This document shows, one piece after another, positions 27,046-37,277 of a stretch of DNA of 64,000 nucleotides; positions within the stretch are counted from its first letter, which is position 1, and every line of letters starts with the position of its first letter. The DNA lies in IMG/VR virus record IMGVR_UViG_3300037424_000665, positions 41 to 64,040 of that record; one strand, given 5' to 3'. This stretch comes from a virus. A program made the translations under genes and the position numbers. A model generated the notes under the pieces. The model did no database searches, had not been told where the DNA came from, and worked only from the letters and a program-made list of their open reading frames with translations.

Positions 27046-30000
27046 CTGGTGGGAAGAAGGTTCGACGGCTGTAGCGGTCCCGAAAACGCAGGAGAATTTC
27101 TGGGAGAAGGATTCCACGCTTATCGCCGCTTCCGCCCGGCCGGTTGAAACGGCTATGCCTGAAATTATGGGGCCTCGCTACGAGCGCCGACCTTCAGGGA
27201 CGCAGATCATCGAGGATACGGCGTTCCCGGCGATTGACCCCGAGATTCTCAAGGTAGCCGAGGGACTCAAGGCCGGGACGGTGACGCCGCCGGTGGAACC
27301 TACGCAGGCGGTCAGGCTGGGTACGCCGAAGCGGCCGTACACACCGTATATCCAAGCTGGGATCGGCGGGTATGGTGTAACGCCGCCAGATTTGGCTGTA
27401 CGTCTTGGTAAGCACGTTCTCAATGCCTTCCCCGAACTAGCAAAGGGCATTCTCTCATCGCCACTGTCACCCGCCAGTTTCTCTGATGAAGACCTTCAGC
27501 CTTATATGCAGCAGGCCCTTAACGATGTCGGGAAGACCTTTAAGGGCAGTGCGGCAGAGACATTCAAGTTAGCCAAGACAAGGGCTGCTCAACTGGCGGC
27601 TGAGGAGAAGGTTCCCGCCTTCAAGATCGAAGCGGCCAAGCCGGGCGAGACTGGCAAGAAGGCCATCGACATTGCCGGCGGACTTGGCAAGTTTGTGACC
27701 CAATTGGCCGTCCTGCGCAGGGTAGCCCCCAAAGGCGCCCCGGATGCCGTGATCTGGGAGATGCAGAACCAGTTGACGGGTGGCGTCCCAGGACAGGGCT
27801 TGGCGACTCGCAAGGCTTTGGGGGGTATTGGCAGGATTCCCACTGGCTCTATGGTTGGCAAGGTTGCCAAGACGGGAGCAGAGTCAGGGTTGTTCGCCGG
27901 GATAACCGCCGTCACGGGCGGCAACGCCGAAGACATCATCGTTTCGGCCTTAGTGCCGGTAGCGTTCAATTCCTGGCATTTCGTCAAGCAGAAAGCCTAC
28001 ATTCAGGACTACGAGAGGCAGCTTCGCGCAGAGGCCCGCAAAGAATACAACAAACGCATCCAGGAGGGTATGCCGGAGCCTTTCAGCAGGAAGCACCTTG
28101 AGATCGACCTTCGCACCGTCGATACAGCCGTCGCAAAAGCCAAGCAGCGGATTTACAGCGACGATGCCTTTGCACCGGCAAAAGACAAATGGGAGGCCGA
28201 AAGGCAGAAGGCCCTCAAGATGGTGGCGACCGGCAGGCCGGAAATGGTTCGCAGAGGCAACGATATTCTCAACTTCATGGCGACGACCGCGCCTCCGGGA
28301 GAGCAATTGCCAATCCCCACTACCCGCGTCGGCGAGGTCATCGAGACAGCCAAAGAGATTGTAACGAAGCCCGGCCAGGCGATTCGAGAGGCCGTCAGGC
28401 CCACAAAGCCCCCCGTCATGCCTGCCGGATCCGCCTTGAAACCGCCGCAGGTTGCCCCCGAGGGGGTTACGCCACCGCCGCCCGCTATTGAAACCGGAAA
28501 AGCCCCCACAGCCGAAACGGGGGCCGTAGAGCCAGCAGCGGGAAAGCCATTAACCAGGATGTCTCCAAAGGAACGCAATACTTTCAAACTCGGTATGCGT
28601 GCTGCCTTCAAAATGAAAGATGGCCGGATTATCGAAACTGGTTACGTTCATACAATGCCCGAAGGCATGAAGACTGAGGATATTGCAGAGGTTGGATTCA
28701 CCCGCCCTGATACCAAAGAATTTCTTACAAGAGAACAAGCAGGCGAATTGACAGGCATAGATGAAGGTGTCGAACTTGAACAGTTTTCAGAAGAAATCTC
28801 TGAAGCGCCACCAGAAGAATTACCAGATAGGGAGTTGGCGGAAGAATTGCTATCGGCCAGAGAAGACCGACGGCCCAAAGAGGTTGTACCGATTCAGCAG
28901 GCCCCTCCCGCTCCCGCCGAAGGCAAGGGTCAACCTGTGCCCCAGGTAGCGGGAAAGAAGGTGATACAGGCGTATGTAAAGGATGAACAGGGGAATATCT
29001 ACACTGCAAATACACACGGCGAAGCCTATATGAAAATGGAGGATGCCGGGGGCACGGAAAAGGCTATCCGAGATTCTGGCTTTGTTGTGGACGGCAAACT
29101 GATACCAGATAGCGAAATCAACCGTGGTGAATTAGAGAAACAAGGTTATATTTCGCAACCTCCCGCCCCCGCCGAAGGCCAGGGGCAGAAGCAGGCGTGG
29201 GAGATGACTTATGCTGAAGCCGAACGGCTGTATAGACAGAATACAAAGAAATCTGTTGGTCAATCGCAAGAAATGTTAGAAGCGATGCCAACAGATGAAC
29301 TTCTTGCACTGGATGATTCGAGAATTGCAAAAGGCGACTTGGACGCGGTTGTACGACAGGAACTGGCTACTCGATACAATGCGTTGCCGCACGAGTACAA
29401 GTATGAAACCGATTTTCAACAATGGAAAGAATCTATTCGGCAAGCGGCCCTGAGCCAGCAGGCGGGCCCCACGCCTTCGGCAGAGGCGAGGGGGAAACTG
29501 GAAGGGCCAGAGAAGCCCAAAGGCGGCGGGGCAGGTGGTTCCTCTGTTGCCGCCGCATCTGCCGAAGCGACGGGATCAGGTTACGGCACGATTGCCGCCA
29601 GCGAAAAGAGTGCGTTCAGCGAGAAGACTGACCACAAACGTCTCAATGCGGAGATGCCGGCCAGACCATCGTTGCAGATCATCGACAACACGCTCAAGAT
29701 CGCTGCTCCCGCTATCCGTGGCGAACAAGCCAGGGCAACGGCCCGCGTTGTGCGAAAGAATCTCGGTCAACTGGCGCAGGAAACATCAGTGCTTCACGAG
29801 ACACTGAAAAAGGCTCATCGTGCCTTTGTCTTTATGCAGCGGGATGATATTTACAGCTTCATCGACCGCATGGAGAACGGCCAAGCTCAATCGACGCCGA
29901 AGTTGGAAGAGATTTCCAGGAAGTTGCGAGAGCTTTTGGATGACCGCAGGGATCGTGTGCAGGGACTCGGCAAGGGATTGCTCGAACACTTTTATGAGAA

Positions 30001-32713
30001 CTACTTCCCCCATATCTGGAAGAATCCCAAAGGTGCCGAGGCCGTCATTCGTCAGTTCTTCACCAAGCGGCGACTTCAAGGCCCCAAGTCCTTTCTCAAG
30101 AAGCGAACGATTATGACGGTAAAGGAAGGCCGAGAATATGGTCTTGAATTAGTCAGCGAGAACCCCGTCGATCTGGTATTGCTCAAACTCCACGAGATGG
30201 ACCGTTTCCTGATGGCGCACCGAATCATTCAGGACATGAAAGGCCGGGGTCTTATCAAGTTTGTCTATTCGAGACTGAAGGCCCCCGATGGCTATATCAA
30301 AATTGACGACCGGGCGTTCACCGTCTATATGCCACCGGAGATCACGAAGAAGGAAGCCTACGATGTGCTACTGGTCGATCAACTTATGGATGTGGCCCGG
30401 AGTATGGGAATCGACACGCAACGGTTTGTCTCTATCGGCGGTAAACGATGGGGCTTTGCTCAATGGCCGCATGGTGCGCCCGGAAGTGGACCGTTCAAGG
30501 TCAGAACGAAATACGCCGGGCCGGAGTCTGTACTGGCCCATGAAATAGGACATATCCTCGGAGCCAAGTACAATCTCTACGATACATTGCGGCGCGTCAA
30601 AGAGGGTGGATTCAGAACCGTCAGTCGCGGCGAAAAGGCAGGCGAGCAGAAGTTCGTTCCCGCCCAAGAAGCCGTTGAGCATCGCAAGACGATTGATAAG
30701 GAGTGGAGAGCGTTAGCCGATGCCCGCTACAAAGGGCAGGACGTCGGGCCGGGGTTCAAGGGATACGTTCGTAAGGCCGAGGAAAAAGAGGCTGTCATGC
30801 TCGAAGCCCTGATTCATGCCCCCGATGAATTCAAGGCGATTGCCCCGACGCTGCATAACTTGTTCACGAAGTTTCTCAACAGTCACTCCGAACTGCGCCC
30901 CATCCTGGATATGAAACCATCTTTGGTTCTCGGCCAGTCCGATGCCCAGATCAAGATACCAGGCTTTACGGTCCTCGGTCATTACTATGCGCCCGAACCT
31001 GCTGCACGGTTGCTCAACAACTACCTGTCACCGGGTCTGCGAAATAATGAAAATCTGCTCCTGAGCGGCGGTTACAATATGCTCCGCAAAGGCGGGAACA
31101 TCCTGAATCAAGCGCAGCTTTCGCTGAGCCTCTGGCACGCACTGGATACGACCATTGACACGATGAACTCGACGATGGCGATGGGCATTCGGCGGCTGAT
31201 GACGCCGGAACAAAGATTGGCGGGTCTCGGCAATATCCTCTCGGCGCCTTTGGCTCCAATTCTGCGTACCTGGGATGGCATAAGGTTGCGCAGGGCCTAC
31301 CGAAACCAAATAGACACGATTGAAGACCCCAGATTGCGAAGTTTGGTAGAAGCCGTCGTTCTGGCCAATGGGAGGGATAAGCTCGATCCCTTCTACTATA
31401 ACCATGCCACGAAGAATCTGACCAACACTCTCAGTCAGATTATCAGGGGTAGCGGACTCGAAAAACTTTCGGGGATACTTCGGTTGCCGGCGGACGCAGT
31501 CACTTCGACGTTGGAAGTCTTGGCTAAGCCGCTGATGGAATGGTATGTCCCCAGCGGCAAAATGGGCGTATTTTCAGTCATGGCCGAACATGAGATGAAA
31601 CGCGCCATGACGGGCCAGATTAGCGATGAACAGTTGCATGAGCGCCTCGTCCGAAGTTGGGATAGTGTTGATAACCGAATGGGCGAACTTGTCTATGACA
31701 ACCTCTTTTGGAACAAGACGCTCAAGGACCTCCTGATGCTCTCAATGCGTTCTGTCGGTTGGAACTTAGGTTCATTCCGTGAATACGGCGGCGCGCCTAT
31801 CGACATTCTGATGACCAAGCAGCGACTCAACCGGGGGGACCTGTGGCTGAGCCTCAAGATGTCCTATACCATAAGTTCGGTGTTGCTCTACGGGATGATC
31901 GGTGCGGCCATCATGTATCTACTCACGGGCAAGGGACCCGATGACGACCGAGACTATTTCTTCCCGAAGACAGGCCGCAAGAATCCCGATGGTTCGGATG
32001 AACGGCTATCTCTTCCTACCTACGCAAAGGACTGGTACGGCTTTGGGCTCCAACCTATTCAACAGACAAGAAACAAGGCGCATCCCTTCTGGAGCGTTCT
32101 GAATGATCTTGTTCAGAATAAAGACTTTTTCAACGTCCAGATTCGAGACCCGAAAGACCCACTCTCGAAACAGATTCTCGCCGTAGCAAAACATTTGGGT
32201 GCTGAATTTCTGCCGCTCTCAGCGAAGAACTATCAGAAGATGCAGAAGGCCGAACCGGGCCAACAGGGCAAAAACTTGTGGGTATCGCTAACGGGAATCA
32301 CATCGGCCCCGTCGTACATTACACGCTCGCCAGCCCAGAAGTTGATGTACCGATACATCGTCGAGAAAATCCCTGACAAAACAGTCTCAACGGAGCAATA
32401 TGAATTGCGGATGTATCGCAACAATCTCAAAACACTTTTGCGCAAGGGCGCGCCTGTTGACCCAATTGAAGCCAAAAAGCGATTGGGTCTTACGGAATGG
32501 AATCGGCTCAAGACCGAAGCGAAGAAGGACCCGTTTGCGGAATCGTTTTCTCGCTTGGGCCTGGAAGAAGCGTTGAACGTCTATGCAATAGCAAGCCCGG
32601 AAGAGAAGGTAAAAGTCAGTACGGTCTTGCGGACAAAATACAATAACGCAGAGACCAAAACGAAGACGCCTGAGATCAAAGAGCTTTACAACCAACTTCA
32701 AGGCCAGCAATAG
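27038..32713 (+). CDS. Large internal virion / polyvalent protein with zincin-like HExxH motif
   Basis: 1891 aa; VLAHEIGH; C-terminal helical region typical of large ejection proteins. Confidence 0.7.
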   Translation: MANWWEEGSTAVAVPKTQENFWEKDSTLIAASARPVETAMPEIMGPRYERRPSGTQIIEDTAFPAIDPEILKVAEGLKAGTVTPPVEPTQAVRLGTPKRPYTPYIQAGIGGYGVTPPDLAVRLGKHVLNAFPELAKGILSSPLSPASFSDEDLQPYMQQALNDVGKTFKGSAAETFKLAKTRAAQLAAEEKVPAFKIEAAKPGETGKKAIDIAGGLGKFVTQLAVLRRVAPKGAPDAVIWEMQNQLTGGVPGQGLATRKALGGIGRIPTGSMVGKVAKTGAESGLFAGITAVTGGNAEDIIVSALVPVAFNSWHFVKQKAYIQDYERQLRAEARKEYNKRIQEGMPEPFSRKHLEIDLRTVDTAVAKAKQRIYSDDAFAPAKDKWEAERQKALKMVATGRPEMVRRGNDILNFMATTAPPGEQLPIPTTRVGEVIETAKEIVTKPGQAIREAVRPTKPPVMPAGSALKPPQVAPEGVTPPPPAIETGKAPTAETGAVEPAAGKPLTRMSPKERNTFKLGMRAAFKMKDGRIIETGYVHTMPEGMKTEDIAEVGFTRPDTKEFLTREQAGELTGIDEGVELEQFSEEISEAPPEELPDRELAEELLSAREDRRPKEVVPIQQAPPAPAEGKGQPVPQVAGKKVIQAYVKDEQGNIYTANTHGEAYMKMEDAGGTEKAIRDSGFVVDGKLIPDSEINRGELEKQGYISQPPAPAEGQGQKQAWEMTYAEAERLYRQNTKKSVGQSQEMLEAMPTDELLALDDSRIAKGDLDAVVRQELATRYNALPHEYKYETDFQQWKESIRQAALSQQAGPTPSAEARGKLEGPEKPKGGGAGGSSVAAASAEATGSGYGTIAASEKSAFSEKTDHKRLNAEMPARPSLQIIDNTLKIAAPAIRGEQARATARVVRKNLGQLAQETSVLHETLKKAHRAFVFMQRDDIYSFIDRMENGQAQSTPKLEEISRKLRELLDDRRDRVQGLGKGLLEHFYENYFPHIWKNPKGAEAVIRQFFTKRRLQGPKSFLKKRTIMTVKEGREYGLELVSENPVDLVLLKLHEMDRFLMAHRIIQDMKGRGLIKFVYSRLKAPDGYIKIDDRAFTVYMPPEITKKEAYDVLLVDQLMDVARSMGIDTQRFVSIGGKRWGFAQWPHGAPGSGPFKVRTKYAGPESVLAHEIGHILGAKYNLYDTLRRVKEGGFRTVSRGEKAGEQKFVPAQEAVEHRKTIDKEWRALADARYKGQDVGPGFKGYVRKAEEKEAVMLEALIHAPDEFKAIAPTLHNLFTKFLNSHSELRPILDMKPSLVLGQSDAQIKIPGFTVLGHYYAPEPAARLLNNYLSPGLRNNENLLLSGGYNMLRKGGNILNQAQLSLSLWHALDTTIDTMNSTMAMGIRRLMTPEQRLAGLGNILSAPLAPILRTWDGIRLRRAYRNQIDTIEDPRLRSLVEAVVLANGRDKLDPFYYNHATKNLTNTLSQIIRGSGLEKLSGILRLPADAVTSTLEVLAKPLMEWYVPSGKMGVFSVMAEHEMKRAMTGQISDEQLHERLVRSWDSVDNRMGELVYDNLFWNKTLKDLLMLSMRSVGWNLGSFREYGGAPIDILMTKQRLNRGDLWLSLKMSYTISSVLLYGMIGAAIMYLLTGKGPDDDRDYFFPKTGRKNPDGSDERLSLPTYAKDWYGFGLQPIQQTRNKAHPFWSVLNDLVQNKDFFNVQIRDPKDPLSKQILAVAKHLGAEFLPLSAKNYQKMQKAEPGQQGKNLWVSLTGITSAPSYITRSPAQKLMYRYIVEKIPDKTVSTEQYELRMYRNNLKTLLRKGAPVDPIEAKKRLGLTEWNRLKTEAKKDPFAESFSRLGLEEALNVYAIASPEEKVKVSTVLRTKYNNAETKTKTPEIKELYNQLQGQQ

Positions 32714-32845
32714 TCATCGTCTCAAGGCGGCCTGACTTCGGCAGAGATTCTCAGGCTTATTCGGGAGCAACAACAGAAATAGACACCACTGGAGAGCGCC
32801 AGGACCGGCATTACTTCTGAGATAAGAGGAAAAAGGAAAACAGGC

Positions 32846-33121
32846 ATGGACCAACTGATAACACAGGTCGGCGTCGGGGGCGTGATCGCCCTCTTAGTGA
32901 TTCGAGAGGTTCTCAATTACCTCAAAGGCCGCAATGGCACCAATGACAAGAACGAGAACATCGAATGTGTCCGGCGCAAAGAATTCGAGGACCACAAAAA
33001 GGCCGTTCGCTACACCGACACGTGCGACAAGGTCCATGAAGGCATCCAGCGCCAATTCAACCATCTCAACGACTCCCTCAATCGCATCGAGAAGCTGATC
33101 CGCAATGGACATGGCGAGTAA
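32846..33121 (+). CDS. Holin-like membrane protein
   Basis: Single N-terminal TM (VGVGGVIALLVI) plus coiled coil; last gene of late operon. Confidence 0.5.
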   Translation: MDQLITQVGVGGVIALLVIREVLNYLKGRNGTNDKNENIECVRRKEFEDHKKAVRYTDTCDKVHEGIQRQFNHLNDSLNRIEKLIRNGHGE

Positions 33122-33541
33122 GAACCCTGCCTGATTTACCGGCGCGCGTATTCGGCCTGCTTGACCTTCGTGTCGCAGATGATCTTCTCCAAGACCTCGA
33201 CGCGGCCGGTCAAGGCCCGCACGTCTTTGGTCTGGGCCTTCAGATGCGAGAGCATCAGAAGTCCGGCGTCTCTGGGAGCGGCCCTTCGTCGGGATGCTCG
33301 TACATCTGATCGAAATGGGCGTCGTGGCTGCCCTGACGTGGTTGATTGTAAAATGACAATCAAATTCTTTCACCGTGGCGGCGGCCGGGCCTGTCTTATT
33401 TTCATTACAAAACGTAAACCCGTCCCGAAAGTGAAAAAGAAAAATGGGCGGGGATGAAAAATATATGCTTTCATAACTATTTGTATTCACGATAGTTATA
33501 ATGCCATTGCAAGATATTTGCAAAAATTTCAAAAATAAGTC

Positions 33542-33570
33542 TTGCACAAAACGTCGGGGCAGTCGATAAT
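33542..33570 (+). promoter_or_regulatory. sigma70-like promoter, probably leaderless
   Basis: TTGCAC-N17-GATAAT; ATG 6 nt downstream; AT-rich with inverted repeat ATAACTAT/ATAGTTAT (33473-33499). Confidence 0.6.
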
Positions 33571-33576
33571 ATCATT

Positions 33577-33741
33577 ATGAAGAATGGACGAAAGATACAA
33601 ACCGAAAGCAGACATCTATACATTACGTTGGGGAAGAACCTCTGGAAATCTTTCGATAAGTTAGCGACCCAACGTGGTCTGCTAAATACACGCGAGGCGG
33701 TCAAAGAGTCCATAAGGCAATTTGTGAGAGCCAGAAGATAA
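33577..33741 (+). CDS. Ribbon-helix-helix (Arc/CopG-like) regulator, 54 aa (not in ORF track)
   Basis: RHLYITL (ribbon) GKNLWKSFDKLATQRG (helix) LLNTREAVKESIRQFV (helix). Confidence 0.65.
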   Translation: MKNGRKIQTESRHLYITLGKNLWKSFDKLATQRGLLNTREAVKESIRQFVRARR

Positions 33742-34065
33742 TCTGACACGAGGATACACAAGAATGATGGTCGGCGGAATCCAATTCGGAAGAATAGAAA
33801 GACGAGAAGAATCTTTTTACTGCGCACGGGGTCTTGGTCCTGAAGTCTTCGCCGACCGTCAGCCAGGACCCTGTGTTTTTTCGAGGAGAAAGCATGAACT
33901 TGAACGAACTGGCGCAATGGCTGGCCTGGGTATTGCTATTTTTGATGATAATGGGCCACGCGGTCGGGCCGCACAAACATTGACCTTCACACATTCAGAC
34001 GTGGGGCGGCTCCGGGACCACTCCAAGCACTCCTCCGCCGGGGCCGCCCAGATTTTCGAGGCAAG

Positions 34066-34338
34066 ATGATGCACATACCAACCGCACAACCCGTTAAGAC
34101 GCGAAGCCGGACAGAGCAAATCGCCGAGCGGCTGGCACAGATACCGGAAAGCCAGCAGGGAATCTACCGCAGGGCCATCGAGCGAAAGAGTATGGCGGCA
34201 GCCGTGAAAGCCTTCTGTTACGAGTGCATGGGATATTTGCGGGAGGAAGTGAAGGTCTGTACCGACCGTGCCTGCCCGCTATGGATGTATCGACCGGGCC
34301 GCAGTACACAAAAAACAGTAGAGGTTCAGAATGTCTAA
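34066..34338 (+). CDS. Small Zn-binding phage protein
   Basis: AVKAFCYECMGY...CTDRACPLW. Confidence 0.7.
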   Translation: MMHIPTAQPVKTRSRTEQIAERLAQIPESQQGIYRRAIERKSMAAAVKAFCYECMGYLREEVKVCTDRACPLWMYRPGRSTQKTVEVQNV

Positions 34339-34897
34339 ACTAATATCCCTCACAAAAGGCCAATTTGCAATCGTTGATGATGAAGATTATGACATCCTGA
34401 ATCAGTGGAAGTGGCACGCATGTTGGAATAGGACAACTCAATCCTACACTGCAAGGCGTAGAAGACATAAGGAAGAAGAAGGGGGTTCTGTTCATGTGTT
34501 GATGCACCGTCAGATTTTGGATACTCCCGAAGATTCCCAGGTTGACCACGGGAATCATAATACCTTGGACAACCGAAGATCCAACATTCATAACGCGACT
34601 GGTTCTGAAAATTGCCATAACCGGAGAAATATAAGGGGTTGTGTTTGGCATAAGCGAAAGAAGAAATGGATGGCAGCAACAAAGATACATGGAAAATCCA
34701 TTTTCTTGGGGTATTACGATACCGTGGTTGAAGCACAAAATGCCTATTGGGTGTTCAAATCAGCGAATGTAAGGCCCTTATTTGTGTATCGTCCGGGCAG
34801 TGGCGCATCCAAGATGGCCAAAATAGGGCCGCCGTTGAGCGCAGAATCGACGAGCGGCCCCGTGAGCGGTAAATCCCCCAGCCAAAGCTTATTTTAA
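34331..34897 (+). CDS. HNH-AP2 homing endonuclease
   Basis: LTKGQFAIVDDEDY; MHRQI...VDH.NHNTLDNRRSN; GCVWHK...KW; FLGYYDT..EA..AY. Confidence 0.85.
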   Translation: MSKLISLTKGQFAIVDDEDYDILNQWKWHACWNRTTQSYTARRRRHKEEEGGSVHVLMHRQILDTPEDSQVDHGNHNTLDNRRSNIHNATGSENCHNRRNIRGCVWHKRKKKWMAATKIHGKSIFLGYYDTVVEAQNAYWVFKSANVRPLFVYRPGSGASKMAKIGPPLSAESTSGPVSGKSPSQSLF

Positions 34898-34923
34898 GCC
34901 TAACTGTGGAATTGAGGCATTTT

Positions 34924-34936
34924 GGCTCTTTGACAA
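34924..34936 (+). promoter_or_regulatory. boxA-like antitermination motif
   Basis: GGCTCTTTGACAA, upstream of hairpin-T-tract at 34974-34995. Confidence 0.4.
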
Positions 34937-35097
34937 GTGAACGGGAAACATAACACTGCTTGCACACTTAACCGGCTGTTGCAAGCAGCCTTTTTCAGGG
35001 GCCTACGGGCCTCTGCCCTCCTAGGGCCGGATGTCTTCTCCTTAAGGTAATGCCTCGCTACGGCATTTGCCCTCCATCAAGACGCCGGCCCGATTTT

Positions 35098-35168
35098 GCT
35101 CTCGTAGTTTAGTGGCAGAATATCGGGTTTTCGTCCCGATGGCCTGAGTTCGATTCTCAGCGAGAGTA
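35098..35168 (+). tRNA. trnE: tRNA-Glu(TTC), CCA not encoded
   Basis: Acceptor GCTCTCG/CGAGAGT, D-loop AGTGGCA, anticodon stem TCGGG/CCCGA with loop TTTTCGT, T-arm CTGAG-TTCGATT-CTCAG. Confidence 0.9.
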
Positions 35169-35518
35169 TCCCTCGCCAATTGAGATTACTCCGCGAAAGC
35201 GGAATCTCGACATGACTGGACGAGTTCACCCTTACAGACGGTCAATAAATGTCAGATAAAGGGTCGGCGAATTGGCCACCTGCCGTAAATGTGGCCCGAT
35301 TTTGAGATTACTCCGCGATGAGCGGATTCACAAAGCTCAAGAGTGCGCCTCGCTTTCCGTGAGCGGTAGAACGGCGTCCCCTGCCCCAGGGGGTGATCTG
35401 GGGCTGCTACGCACGGGAAAGGGCCGTGTGCCATACTCGACGGCAAAATTCGAGCGAGCCGGTGGAAGGCCGGCATACTTTGGAAAGTGAATATCCCCGC
35501 TTGAAGGGGGCGTTTATG

Positions 35519-35620
35519 GGGCAATGGCGGAGATGTGGCAACGTCGCAGCAGGCGCCGCTCTTCTGCACGCGACAGTGGCTACCACCGCGTGGCAAGGGG
35601 AATCCTGCCCGCCATTGCCC
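35519..35620 (+). ncRNA. Candidate multibranch structured RNA
   Basis: Perfect 12-bp closing helix GGGCAATGGCGG/CCGCCATTGCCC enclosing four hairpins. Confidence 0.45.
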
Positions 35621-35650
35621 AGCATTTTAACAACGAAAGGACGAGCTCTT

Positions 35651-36109
35651 ATGAAAACACTTATACAAACTGTGAACCTGATGGGCCTGATGGTCTCGGC
35701 CTTTGTCATCGGCTACATCGTTGGCCTGAATCCGGCCCTGCCGCCGGCAGATGCAGAAGTGGCAGAAGTGACAGAAGCGGCACAACAGGCACAGGGTGAA
35801 TCGTTTATTGCCACGGTTAGCGCCTATTGTGCCGGGGAGTGCTGCTGCGCTGGCTCCGCCGATGGCATTACGGCCAACGGGCACCGCATCAAGCCCGGCG
35901 AGAAATTCGTTGCCGCCGATAAGCGTTTCGCGTTTGGCACGATGCTCTCGATTCCCGGCTACGGGACCGTGCCGGTTTTGGACAGAGGCGGCAAGATTCG
36001 AGGCGACTGCATTGATATTTTCTTTGACGATGCCGACGGCAAGAGCGGCCATCAGCGTGCCCTTGAATGGGGCGTGCGAAACCTGAAAGTGACGGTAAAC
36101 AGCAGATGA
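35651..36109 (+). CDS. 3D-domain (MltA-like) cell-wall protein with N-terminal TM
   Basis: TVSAYC...DGITANG...VAADKRFAFGT.L.IPGYG...V.DRGG.I.GD.IDIFF. Confidence 0.85.
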   Translation: MKTLIQTVNLMGLMVSAFVIGYIVGLNPALPPADAEVAEVTEAAQQAQGESFIATVSAYCAGECCCAGSADGITANGHRIKPGEKFVAADKRFAFGTMLSIPGYGTVPVLDRGGKIRGDCIDIFFDDADGKSGHQRALEWGVRNLKVTVNSR

Positions 36110-36325
36110 AACGTCGAAGATTCAAACTGCGTAAATTCTTGGCGGCGGTCGCCGTAGCAGTCGTCGCCTTTGTCGAACTGTGTCTGACCGGACAGGCAGC
36201 GACAGCCTGGCGGCTGGCCGAGAAAAAGACGTTACCTCTGCAACTGAGCCGGACTTCGTCATGGATGGGACTGAGAGAAGGGGGCAGGGAGGCCCTTTCC
36301 GGCTCGGTGATTGAAGGAAGCAGCC

Positions 36326-36637
36326 ATGGAAACTAAAACGAATCTCCAGTCATTGGGCTCACTCAATCGCCTTCAAAAACGGACATTGATTGAAACCTAC
36401 TGCAATATAGCCAACTTGCTCCCGGCGCATAAGCGCATTCTCTTTCACTTGTACTACCGGTATGGCGTCTCGACCGTGGAGATTAGCCAACTGTTAATGG
36501 TTCATCAGACGACGGTTGCACGACGGATTGGCCGAATCGCCGGAGAACTAACGGATCTGCTTCAAGGGAAAAATATCGGGCCTGACAATGAGAGGCAAAT
36601 TTTTATACCGATGGGCCTGAGCAAAGAACGGAGTTAA
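36326..36637 (+). CDS. sigma70 region-4-like HTH protein
   Basis: LPAHKRILFHLYYRYGVSTVEISQLLMVHQTTVARRI. Confidence 0.75.
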   Translation: METKTNLQSLGSLNRLQKRTLIETYCNIANLLPAHKRILFHLYYRYGVSTVEISQLLMVHQTTVARRIGRIAGELTDLLQGKNIGPDNERQIFIPMGLSKERS

Positions 36638-36809
36638 TGATGAAACCATTAAGTAAATCTCAACCCATTAAAGAGCGATTGCGAAGACTGGAAGTCCACA
36701 CGCGCAAACTGGAACAACAGATGTGCAAGTTGCTCAGGGAAACCAAGTTAATGGCGATTAACTTGAGTCGAAGAATCGACAACATCCACGACACCCCGGA
36801 GGCCAAGCC

Positions 36810-37064
36810 ATGACGGCGAATCTTAACCGATTCAATTGCGGCTTCACGCCGTCGGTTCCCGAAGAAGTCGGTGACTGCCAAGCGTGCGGGGCGACGATCT
36901 ACGACTACGATCTGCGAACATGCGATGCCTGTGGAGCTCACGTGCATCGGGACTGCATCGAGAAATGCGAAATTTGTGGAGCGGATGGTTGCCGGGCTTG
37001 CCTCATTGAGGATCCTGAGACGGGCGAACGGCGGTGCGAGGAGAATTGCGAGGCCAAGCCGTGA
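36810..37064 (+). CDS. Cys-rich zinc-finger protein
   Basis: Multiple CxxC motifs. Confidence 0.6.
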   Translation: MTANLNRFNCGFTPSVPEEVGDCQACGATIYDYDLRTCDACGAHVHRDCIEKCEICGADGCRACLIEDPETGERRCEENCEAKP

Positions 37065-37273
37065 AGAAGAAAACAAAGCGACCCACGACGATTGAATTGG
37101 CGACGATCCGCCAAGCGGTTGGCGATTACATGCAGAGCGAAGGCTGTTCGTGTTGCTCCGACACGGAAGCCCACCGCAAACACAAAAAGCGGCTGGCGGC
37201 ATTACTCAACGTGCCCATATACCGGGATGGTTCCGGTTTCGACTTTGAGCGTTTCTGCACGAAAGCGAGGTGA
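37061..37273 (+). CDS. Hypothetical protein
   Basis: GTGA overlap; YMQSEGCSCCSD. Confidence 0.55.
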   Translation: MKKKTKRPTTIELATIRQAVGDYMQSEGCSCCSDTEAHRKHKKRLAALLNVPIYRDGSGFDFERFCTKAR

Positions 37274-37277
37274 CACT

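Noticed and set aside
32894-33547. Long minus-strand ORFs at the late/early boundary as a CI repressor
   Set aside because: No HTH or S24 peptidase motif; they overlap better-supported plus-strand genes.
35170-35650. c-di-AMP (ydaO) or cobalamin riboswitch upstream of the 3D-domain gene
   Set aside because: Conserved core motifs of those families were not found in the right order.
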